Shown: piece by piece, positions 1 to 10,906 of the stretch
How the letters are laid out: each line of letters opens with the position of its first letter
How positions within the stretch are numbered: position 1 is the stretch's first letter
Source of the DNA: Bigelowiella natans CCMP2755
Lineage: Eukaryota; Protista; Cercozoa
DNA: 64,000 bases
Direction of reading: 5' to 3'
Assembly: GCA_000320545.1 (NCBI GenBank)
Contig: ADNK01001276.1
Location: 124,001 to 188,000 of the forward strand
Notes under the pieces: model-generated
What the model was told of the DNA's origin: nothing
The model's input: the letters and a program-made list of their open reading frames with translations, nothing else
Databases searched by the model: none
Program-made: the position numbers and the translations under genes

Positions 1-293
1 TCTCTCATTACTGTGGCTTCGCCTTGGGTATATTTACCAGCCGTGACCTTAACAAGTAGTTGTTGTAGTAGTGGTAGTATCATTTAAGTGAGCTGACATC
101 TACCGTGGTCATCAATATGTTGCTTAATGAGCAATGTCGGCGATCGATAATCAGTACCTTTTCCTCAGGATCACTAGGAGTTTCAATGTCGCACACAACG
201 AAATCTGCATGCATCATCGAGTGAAACAACACCGACAACAGCCAACCGTGAAAGAGGCTCCAGAACTGTACGAACAAGTTGTTTGCGGGAGTC

Positions 294-363
<70 letters not shown>

Positions 364-364
364 C

Positions 365-407
<43 letters not shown>

Positions 408-865
408 GAGACGAGAACGACACTCGTGAACGTACTTTCACGAGGGATCTGAACGTACCAAATCCTTCTATTAACCACCACGCATATGCACATATTTCAT
501 CAATATTCAGGTATATTTATATCACACTTCTGAGCTGCTTGCGGCCACACACTACTATAGGTGCGTCCCTCCAGAATGCCTTGGCTGACACTTGCACGCG
601 CTGCATTGTGTTTGGGTCGATGAGCATGATCAGATTCGAAACCTACAAAGCACCACCACCACCACCGCCGGCAAACGAATGTATCACGGGGAGGAGAGAA
701 TAGCAATATCAGCACACGGTGATCTCCCATAAACAGCATGAGGCTATGTGGTGACATCGGAGAACGACCGACACATTGCAATCACGCCACTAGCTTTTCG
801 CGCGTGATCCGAGACAAAAGATGACGACTACTATTTTTGCTACTAGTAGTAATAGGAACACTATA

Positions 866-896
<31 letters not shown>

Positions 897-1815
897 TTAC
901 TACTACAAGCAAAGTGAAAGGTGTAGCAACCCCCCTGTCACGACCTACCTTAATGCACAGCAGGAGAGGAGATATGCCCCCCATGGACGCACACATGCGT
1001 TTATTCAACACCACTAGGTCGTCTTTGCACACTGGCGGGATCTCGCTGCACCACGTGTACCTTTTCAGTGAGAAGAAGAACAACACACAAATTAACAGAC
1101 AAGACAACGACGACGAGGATGCGATTGAATGAGATTATTAGAGGTGTTCCAAGAGAAGAAGAGAAATCATGTTTGCGTCCATCCTAATCAATCCACTGTC
1201 TCCTCCTCGTCCTCTACCCCCTTCTAGTGTGTTTGCTCAATTTCCTCCTCCTCCTCCTACTTGTATCTGTAAGTGTTGCTACGGTCATCCTGGGTGATGA
1301 GCTTCTTTGAGAACTTGGAGCGTACAGGGATGACAGATTCCAGGAAATTCACCTGCGGGAACACCATCTTCCATCACCATCATCATCAACAGCCATCCTT
1401 ATGATCACAACCAGCAGTATACCCACCATTTTTGCCAACGTAACGGTCATCAGCTTTCATCATCATCATCATCATGTACATATATGATTATCATGGATGT
1501 TTAATAGCAATCCCAATCACCATCATCGCTGCCGTCACCATCACTAAGAGCCGTACCATGTGTTGACCCAAGGATTTTGAGGGGAAATAAAAGTCTAGTC
1601 CATCCGGTTGGTCGCGTATATTTATAACCTAACAGAATCAACCAAATGGCTCATGAGGATTTGATGATGGGTAGTAGAAACAGAATAATTCGGTGAGCAG
1701 TCCTGCAATGCAGTCTAGAATACTCTCTACCCACCTTCTCGCACACGTTGTGCTTGATTAGAAGCTGTTCTAACCATAGGAACGTCCTCTTGTGTCGCAC
1801 TTTCTGTCGCACCTT

Positions 1816-1851
<36 letters not shown>

Positions 1852-2469
1852 ATGATGATGATGATATGATGATGATATAATGCACCTCGATAGCACTAAC
1901 CCTTTCCCCTCTTCCTCCTCTTCCTTCTCCCCATTAATCTTCTGGTCATCATCTCCTTGTATACTCCCGTTTTCCAATTTTTGTGCTGTTGTCGTGCGCG
2001 TGTGCTTCTTAAGCTCCCCCTCCCTCCCCCCCCCTCCCCCTCTTACTGACTTACTTGCACTACTGATTCCCAAGTATGCTCTGTGTACGATTTTTGGCAG
2101 TCAGGACACTGCTGATTGCCAACGATGAACTCAACCTAGGAGGAGGAGGAGGAGGAGGAAGTAGAAGAGGCACAGCAGAAGAATAGCAGGTAAGGAAAAA
2201 CATGCTCGGTGGAGCAAAATTATCATTTTATCGTATCAATCTTCGGATCATTGCTATCAGCATTCCGTCCCACAGCTTGTAAGTCTCCTCAACGGGAAGC
2301 AGCATCATCATCATCATCAAGGTCGATTGCTGATAATTACCACGAAAGTCTGCTCGATAATGGCATTGTTGAATACTTCCTTTTGAATCTTGAGTTTAAC
2401 CTTGAGCCGCCTGCATTTGTCAACACACACACATACACACGCAACACACGCAACACACATAACACACAC

Positions 2470-2511
<42 letters not shown>

Positions 2512-3362
2512 CGAACATATTTTCAGAATTTCTGTCACTGGAGGATGCTGCACCATGCTAAAAGATTCACCGACCTCGAGTGTGGTTCAGTCCATATCCA
2601 CGAGGCATCAACCAATTTGACCTTATTAAGGCCGCGAATCTTCTTGAGGCACAACGCCATGAGCTCCACGGACTCCAGTGCTTTAGGAGGAGAGGAAACA
2701 GGTGTTTCAGAATGACGAGAATAAAAAACCTGCTATATTATTCATTGTACCGGCTGTGATCCAGGGAGGCTTCTGGTATCGGCCACACCCCCGGCAGTAG
2801 AAAATCGTAACCTACCCAGAGCGAAGAATTAGAGCTTTATTTCGTAACACTTCATTACGAAGACGAAGCTTCGAGAAATATCTTTCGGAGCTACCTGCTT
2901 CGATATGCCGAGAGAAATATCGACCTTACTCTTCACACATCCCAGACACATATTGAGTTGGTTCGGCTGGATCTTTATGCCTTGGAAACAGACAGAGCAC
3001 AGAGTAGTAGTAGCCCGAATACAGATTATACGAAATCCAGATTATCATCAGGATGAGAGAGACAAGTGTAGAGAACAACGACTAATTTCGATGATCATCT
3101 TCGAGCCAAACAGCTAATACAGGGATTGAAGGCTTCTGTATATCAAAACCGAGCTTCCCGTCTTTCTCAACAGTTACTCGACTGGCGATTTCGAAATAGC
3201 ACACTCTCAAGCCCATAATCATCATGCTTTTCGATTCATACGATTTAACCCAAATGTTTAAGTACAAAAAACTAAAAGGAAACGTCTTCGGCATCTCTTC
3301 TCACCGCAGTTGCAGCAAAGGATGCGAGCCTGGTCGCCGTCCTTCAACTCGACGACCTCCAT
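1..3362 (-). CDS. NMD3: 60S ribosomal export adaptor NMD3 (multi-exon, 3' end outside window)
   Basis: Spliced exons read MEVVELKDGDQARILCCNCG / IQPNQLNMCLGCVKSKVDISLGISKQ / VTIFYCRGCGRYQKPPW / LESVELMALCLKKIRGLNKVKLVDASWIWTEPHS / RLKVKLKIQKEV / VRQKVRHKRTFLWLEQLLIKH / EIPPVCKDDLV, which are hallmark NMD3 motifs. ATG at 3362. Confidence 0.93.
294..406. repeat. Compound microsatellite (CT)n(CA)n(GA)n in an NMD3 intron
   Basis: Directly visible dinucleotide runs. Confidence 0.95.
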
Positions 3363-3848
3363 TCTTCCCGAAAAATTATGCTAAATAACACAATTCACCG
3401 AAATATCCCCGGTATTTTGCTTCTCCAGAACATTCGAAGAACCACGGAACAAGCGGCACGATTGCAATATATTGTTATGTCGCATAGTGGAATCAGCCCT
3501 TATTTCTCGGATAGTCATCCAATAAATCCTTTGGAGCAGAAAATCAAATACAGCGCGTTTTTCTTATGAGACATCTCAATCTCAACAAATCATAAATCTC
3601 ATTCCACACTTCGAACAGTCGAACGACATTCTGGAACTCTCCATAGCTCCACAGGTACCATCATCCTGAGCACCAGACGCACATGAGGAGGGGAGGGTTG
3701 GGGCTTACTGTGAGGGCATGGTGATGAAATACAGGAAATTCTAGAGATATTAGAAATTTCTTTCATTTGCTTGAAAAACCATGTTTTTTGGTAAGCGGAA
3801 CCCAAACATCGAAGTGATTTGGCACAAGACTTGCCTTATCTCAAAAAA

Positions 3849-4566
3849 ATGGGAGCGTGTGGAACGAAGGAGGAATGCGAAATCAATTGTAAAAAGCGTG
3901 CAACGATCAGAGAGGTACATGTATTATGTTTACAGATGTATGTAGATATACTCAAAAGCGCAATGTGAACGACGCTCTGTTTGATTGTTACTTTCAGGTT
4001 CGAGAGCGCCTGGAAATCATTTTCGATCGTATGGATCAAAACAACGAGGGGACTGTCACCTATGGCCAAGCAATGAAATTTCTTATGCTTTCAAAACGAG
4101 ATATGCACAAATGCGAGGTATGTGTTGGTAGCAAGAATTATTCTCATGACTGACAATATGGATGATATTGAATGATGGTACAGAAGGACAGAACGCAAGC
4201 AGTCACTCGGGCAGTCAAAAAAATGTTTGCTTGCGCGAAGGCGCAGCAATGTCGTGATCATATTACAGAGGACGAGTTCATCGCCGGGTCACTTTAATAT
4301 CTAGCATTGCTGGATATATCATTGTGGTGTTGATTATGTACTCAGATTATAATGAACTTTAGGTACACTAACGTTCTTTATCCGCAAAATTTGACTTTGA
4401 TCCAGCTTGAAACCCAGGTATTACTCGAAATAATTGTCAACGAATAAAACTTTACACTTAATTCATACTTAATTTACAGTTGCGCAAGCTATTTGGAAAA
4501 GTGGCAGATATGAATGCAGAAACTTTTAATCAAGCACTTAATACACATAGGGTTGCCAGTATATAA
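3849..4566 (+). CDS. Small EF-hand Ca2+-binding protein with a likely N-acylation signal (multi-exon)
   Basis: MGACGTKEE start; EF-hand IFDRMDQNNEGTVTYGQA; second motif ITEDEFIA; short GT-AG introns; putative TAA at 4564-4566. Confidence 0.65.
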
Positions 4567-4808
4567 GTGGAGAGATGAGATGTTATTGTGAGTAAAAATC
4601 TTATAAAGATTTTGGTAACTATTCCTACTGTTAGCGCTGCATCTTTAGTAAGAATCAACGCAATATAATTTCTTCCTTGTGGTGGCGTATGGGATCGAAT
4701 GGTTCTACTGAAACGTAGAGGTGTTAACACTTAAAAGTGATAGAATAAACCTGTCTCTCAAGATGCCTAAAAAAGTAAAATAAATGATGTGAAGTCCTAT
4801 AAATAATA

Positions 4809-4915
4809 TGAGACGGATGCAACGATATGATTAAATCTTTTCAATAGTCATCCTATGAATAATATATAAGACGGATGTAATCAATTAAGAATTAAATTTG
4901 TTCAATGGTCATCCT
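4809..4915 (+). repeat. Tandem pair of a ~45-50 bp dispersed repeat (AGACGGATG...AATTAAATTTGTTCAATGGTCATCCT)
   Basis: Similar tandem pair at 43357-43453 and a degenerate inverted copy near 61222-61281. Confidence 0.75.
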
Positions 4916-5677
4916 CATGTAGCTGTGTGAATATTGCCATATGTGTGAACGTTCGCTACACATATGTCTGCATTACAAAGGTGCGTGCCTAGCCAAATAA
5001 GCATGCTACATATGTAACGAGCTCATAATAGAAGACAATGACGAGTATAGCTTATGACAATGACTGTGCAGATACATGCATCTGTATGCATGTCCTCAGC
5101 AGTACTTATATGGGCGCAGCAATAAGCTTGCGTAATGTATATAAACATACATCTCAGGATATATATGTATATTTGAAGGTGCGTAGCTAGCGCAGCAAGG
5201 ACAGGTCAGCGTGCGCTATGTGTATTTTCGGTGAATGTAGAATATTACATTTCAGTCTCCATAGCAATCTATCTCACGTATTAGCTACATGAAATTTATT
5301 TGCTATTATTCGTGCATGATCGATGCACAGTATTTGTTACAATGCAATGTGCGCGAAAAGGTTCATAATTGCACATTACACGATACATTGCAATACACAC
5401 GCGATCGCATAGATTTCTAGGCCAGAAATGTTCGTAATGATATAATGTGTCATGTTTTTACACTTTCTAATTTTGGAAGATGCTGTGATGATGCAACGAC
5501 AAATTTTAGGGACAAATATACTGCAGGGTGCGTCTAATTGTATGAGAAGGGGAAAGTGATTTTTACCACTACATCAGACATTTTCGCTTACCCAAGATAA
5601 AGCATACGAGTACTCACAAGGGATTGAAGTAATCAGCCCAAAATTTGTACGCTAGCGTACAAATTTTGGTCTGTGAT

Positions 5678-7461
5678 CTATACCAGCTGTTGCGCCTGCC
5701 ATTTGTCCTCTGAGTTAAAACAACATACAAAAAGTGAGAGGGAGCTTACATCAGCAACATAATCAGATAATATATCACTCGTGTTTAAGGTGAAGTAATT
5801 TGGATAGTACTACCTGGAAATGTTCCAGCAATGATGACCCTCTCAGCGAATGTGCGTCCCTGAAGTTGCTTGATAGCCTCCTGAGCGCCCTGGGGATTCG
5901 TATACTCCACAAATACTTTCCCGCATCCCGGTTCACCTGGTTTCGGAATAACAACCTTGAGTACTTGTCCATACTTAGAACACTCCATCTGTATGTCCTC
6001 GACTATTTCTTTGTACTCTTCAGGGTCCTTGAGCTCGTCTTCAGTGACCATTTGCAGAAGCTCCACCACCTTGGACATGTTAATTGCAGGGGCTGCGCCA
6101 AGGAGCGCAAGGGGGTTTCCGAGGGCGAGAGGATTAGCAAGTGGGTTGGCAAGAGGATTAGCTCCAAGCAACGGATTAACTAGTCCACCGCCTAGGGCAG
6201 CAGCATTCATAGAATCTGGAGCCTTATTCTCCGCTCTACGAACTTGAAGCTTAGCATCGCCGACCACTAGTCCATCCAAACCGGCGATAGCCGCGTCGGT
6301 AATGTTGTCATCCTGGTACTGGAAAAATGCCCATCCTCTGCAGAGGTCGGTTTGAGGGTCCTTGGGAAGGTACAGTGCCTTGAGCTTGCCTTGAGTTTCG
6401 AACAACTGCTTAACTTGCTCATCCTTGAGGACATTAGGAAGCCCTGCACAGTACAGCTTATGAGGACCGTTTTCAACCTGGGTAGATATGGCGTTCTTGA
6501 TGCCCAAGGCCTCAAGGTTGAGCTTTGGGGGAGGGGGTTTTCCCATACGAAGTTTATCAAGAGCCACTTGGTCGAAGTTTGCAGGACGGCCTATCTTTAG
6601 GGGATGTCCTTTGAACTTTATTTGGTCCAGATCCATCGCCTGCATCGCCTCCTCTGGATTTCGAAGCTCGATGAACGCGAAGCGCCGGTCTATGTTCAAG
6701 TAGACTTGCAGCACTGAGTCCCCTGTCATCCTACTGGGGCCCTGCCCGACCTCCATAACGTTGTTGAAGAACTGCTTAAGCTCTTCTTGAATCGTACCCT
6801 GCGGGACATTCCCAACATAGATTCTATTGAGCTGTGGTACGCGGTTACCCGTTTGAACCTGACGCATGGAAGCAGCATTCTGTTGCATGGCTAGAAGTAT
6901 CTGTGGGTTAACTTGGGCCATGCCCCCTGAGGATGCTAAAGCAGCAAGCTGTGGGTTGGTGTTAGGGTCCGGACCACGATCCCACATGCTCGTCTTTTTC
7001 TTTTTCTTCTTTTTTTTCTTCTTCCTGCTTCGGCTTGAATCGTCGCTGTCTTCAGATTCTGACCGATCACGGCGGCGACGCCTTCGGTCGCGGCGGCGAT
7101 CCCTGCTCCGGCTCCGATCTCTTCGTCTGGAGCGCTCCCCGCGGTCCCTATCGCGATCGTCGTCCCTACGACATATTCATCGATGGTGCGGAATGAGGTG
7201 AAATGGTTATGCAACGGCGAATTATGATTTGTTGCTTTTCGTTCTCAACTTCATCATATAAAAATCATTCTTATTGCCACAGTCTTATCAACAATTTGTA
7301 TTTTTAGAAAACCTGTCTCTCTCCCGATCTCTCCTCCTATCGAGTGATCGTGATGATTTTCCATTTTCTCCACCTTCCTCTCTGTTGCTTCTTTCCACAC
7401 CCTTAACCTCTCCCCGTTCACGTGCAATCCGATCCGGGTGCTTAAATTCCATGTCAGCCAT
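5678..7461 (-). CDS. U2AF2: Splicing factor U2AF large subunit (3 exons: 7461-7313, 7165-5814, 5709-5678)
   Basis: N-terminal RS/RD-rich domain, MWD (ULM-like), RRM1 RIYVGNVP..FAFIELR, RRM2 KLYCAGLP..GWAFFQY, UHM VELLQMVTEDELKDPEEYKEIVEDIQMECSKYG..CGKVFVEY; GT-AG introns restore the frame through to TAG at 5678. Confidence 0.95.
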
Positions 7462-9244
7462 ATTTATTATGCCAAGCTAGCTCCTAGTTGCATCGAAAAT
7501 TCAATTTATAGGTTCGGTGCCAGGGTCTCCACTGAAATCCCGGGCCAACGGGGGAGATTCTAAGTATGAAATCGAGTTTATGTCATCAATAATATTGTAT
7601 CGAAGCTGCAATCTATGGAATAATGCGTGCTCACAAAATTGTCTTCAGCACCACGTGAGTGCCACATATAGGCCGTTGTCTCTTATTTGCCAAGTATCTC
7701 AATAAATTGACACGCAAAAGTAATGGTTTTCCAATCGTCCCCCTCTCTTCCCTCTTCCCCCTTCAACCTCAATACAAGATAAGAATTTTTAGGGCGAGGA
7801 GCCGCGCAACTCAGCATGCATACCAGCCTGAAAACTGCGGAAGTTAAGACTCAATTATTTATCGGTCGAAAGGTCTCCCACAATTTAACTCGTGAGACAT
7901 CATGATACGCAGGAATTTTATTAAAACATAGCACATTTTCTCACCGAAAAGTTTTCATGGAACAATGATGAGTCTAACATCGCGCACAGTCATTTAATCT
8001 CTTGTCGCAATTAAAAGATCTTCTGCTTTCAGAATGCAAATAGTCCCAAAAAATATCTTGAGTTGGGCCAGGCGAAAATGCTGTCCGATCGCGGCAGAAA
8101 ATTCCACTTTGTGAGTGCTCGCAGTGCTCAGGAGCTTTGTACTAGCCTTGTCTAAGGTATTCCTCCGTCACAAAAAAGACTTGCTTGCAGGTTGGAATGA
8201 CCAAGTGGGTTACAATTCAGTCTATACATCTTAGCGACATAAAAAATGAAATCATAAGCCCAAAAATCTTATTTCTAGGTGGAAATGCCGGGATTTATGA
8301 ATATTAACGGGTTTTACGGATTCTTGACGGAATGGGTGTCAATCGGAGTTTTCGTGCCCACTGCAGGTGGAGAACTCTGTATCTGAAAGTCGTCAGATTT
8401 GTGAGAGTCAAGATCTGTATTTGGAAAGAAATAATTTTTATATTTAGGATTAACGACATCAAAATATCTTTGTCTTCTTTGAATAGTATACCACAGTCGT
8501 TTTCGTCGCACTGGCTGACAGACACTGAGATATCTGGAATCTTTATACAGGGATCTGCTTCCCTTCACTCCCCCGCCCCTTGACGAGTTGCCAAGACTGG
8601 GATTACTTAAACATGTCCATCTGTTGTCCCTGCTTTGTAAGTTCCCGTCCTATATTTCTTTTTATTTTCACGAAGAGGAAAATCTTCAAAAACAAAAGTA
8701 TTAGTTTCAGGTTTCGTTAATGCTGTAGATTTGAAGCGGAATATATCGCATTGCATTGATCCGCTTATCCATCTTTCGAAAGTTTTAAAAAAAGAAGTTA
8801 ATGTGACGTCTCATTGCAACAACCATACCTATAAATCATTGATCGCAATTACAGTTCATATTTGTTGGGATGTGAGGATACTTGCGTTAGTGATAGTTGT
8901 ACGAGTTGTGGCAACTATCTCTCTCTTGCCCTAGTGTACCGATTTCGTTTTAAAACTGCGAAATTTACTACGATAAATGTCTAAATTAGAGCAATTCAAA
9001 AACTGAGGAAAGGTTGCTTCGAGAAGAAGATCCTTCATCCGAACAACGTAAGCAAAGTAGGAGGATAGGAAAATAGGGTTTAAAATAGTGTAAAAAGAAG
9101 GTATTCAGATTCAGCAAGCGAATAGGTGAAGATGAAGATGAAGATGAATGAAGTGGCAAATAGTGAGCGGAGATATCTGTTTCTCTCAAACTTACACATA
9201 CAAATGAGTAGAGGTTGTAATTTGACTGCTTGAAACTTGCGTAG

Positions 9245-9631
9245 CTCCTTATGAAACGACGGAAGAGTACGAGGCTATCGTGCTTTATGATTTTGAAGCG
9301 AAAGAAGCGGTGCAGCTTTCTGTCTACGAGAAAGACATCATTCGCATTCGCAAGGTGGCCCAGATGATACACAAAGAAGATTACCGAGCATAACAATTCT
9401 CCATATAGGTGAATCAGCTTGGTTGGTGCCTAGCCCTGAAGGGAGACAAGCAAGGGTAAGTGATTCTATCATCAATAGCTATTTGATATGATCGGGACCA
9501 TCATTTTTACAAATTATCTTTCAAACAGATGGATCCCAGTGTCTTACATACGAAGGATCGATTTATCAGATAAGATGGCATCTCAGGGAAACACCATGAC
9601 TTCTGCCGACACTGATGTTCCGATGAATTAG
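9245..9631 (+). CDS. SH3-domain protein (3' exons; start not resolved)
   Basis: AIVLYDFEAKEAVQLSVYEKDII / GWCLALKGDKQG / WIPVSYI across two GT-AG introns. Confidence 0.8.
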
Positions 9632-9960
9632 AGATGAATCATCGGCTACCTTAATCTCAGCAGACACGCATCTAGGTGTTTAGAGAGTACTTTATTACAA
9701 GGTAGGAGGACGATTCTTATTTCCGCGTAAGCACCTAGTAACATGTGTTGACTTATTCCAGTCAATGACAAATCTAGGGTTGCTGGACATTAGTAAATGT
9801 GTTGCATTGCCATTTAATGATAGCATTGTGGATATATTTTGAGTTTATTTGACTGAATTATACCAAAACCATCTATAAATATTTGTGCATGGTCTACATG
9901 ACGAATGCGTTCTCGCAACTGTTGTACGTGTTGCACTATGATGACTGGTGCATGTGAATC

Positions 9961-10800
9961 ACTAGATTGCTTTGAGTTTCACGACAGAGCTGAGAGGACC
10001 AAAGACGCAGAATCTGCCATGCTAGCATGCATGTGCCAATCTAGCAATGCACACAGCATGCATCTGCTAGTGTCAAGGTGTGTTTTGTTTCGTGTGCGAC
10101 GGCACGGTGCGTGCAAGAGAGGACTTGCATGCTCATGCATGCAGCACATGTGCACGTGCATGTGGCGCACGCCGGTGTGGCCTAGTAGCGCAAGCGCACA
10201 TGCATGCGAGATGATCGAACAATGCTCCGGCCTGCACATGTGCGTGGTGTCTGTGGGTGGTGCAGACACAGGTGCGCGTGGCGATGCATGCGACGCGCTT
10301 ATTGCAGCATGCTAGCACGGTCCGCCAGCTGCATGTGTGCTGCAGCATGCCCAGATCTAGAGTTGTGTCATGCACACGACGAACGAGCGCACACACGCAC
10401 TGCAGCCGCCAGTGCAGTGCGTGTCTGCTAGACGTCGTTGACTAGCAGGCGGTGCGCTCCATTGCGAACTGTGCCAAGCAAGCCTGGAGTGAGAAGTCTA
10501 GAAGTGCTGGATCGAGTGACAATCGAGTGGGCCCATGACACATTGATGCAGATCGATGCATGCATCGCACTTCGCTGCACGTGGTTGTTCGCTCGCGCAA
10601 GCACGTGTCTAGCTGGCTCCAGAGCTAGGTGTGTGCATCACAGCAGGATGTGAACACAAATCTAGACATGCCACACAAGCCATGTTGCTGTGAACATTGC
10701 GCGGTGAGATGTGCCCACACACGCCATTGCTGATTGTGCTGATGCATGTGACAACAATGTGCCAAGTGCACATGAGAACCGAAGTCACCTCCTGACAAAA
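9961..10800. other. TpA-depleted, CTAG-retaining intergenic tract
   Basis: By-eye count: 15 TA dinucleotides in 840 bp, 13 of them inside CTAG; rich in TGCA, CATG and CG. Confidence 0.85.
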
Positions 10801-10906
10801 CACGAAGACAATGATCCACAATTTCGCTTTTACGGCTTCGTCGAAAATTGTCCATGTTTTAAGAGGATATTTCCCCTGCGACACAAGTTGACAAGTTGTC
10901 GCCTGA

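Noticed and set aside
134-1132. Plus-strand ORFs with ERERER, THTHTH and poly-Thr runs
   Set aside because: They are translations of intronic microsatellites antisense to NMD3.
4809-4915. CRISPR-like or snoRNA interpretation of the short repeat pair
   Set aside because: Eukaryotic context, only two degenerate units, no unique spacers of regular length and no clear C/D or H/ACA boxes.
7950-8900. Possible minus-strand hypothetical gene
   Set aside because: Coding-like patches exist, but I could not build a consistent exon chain or recognise a domain.
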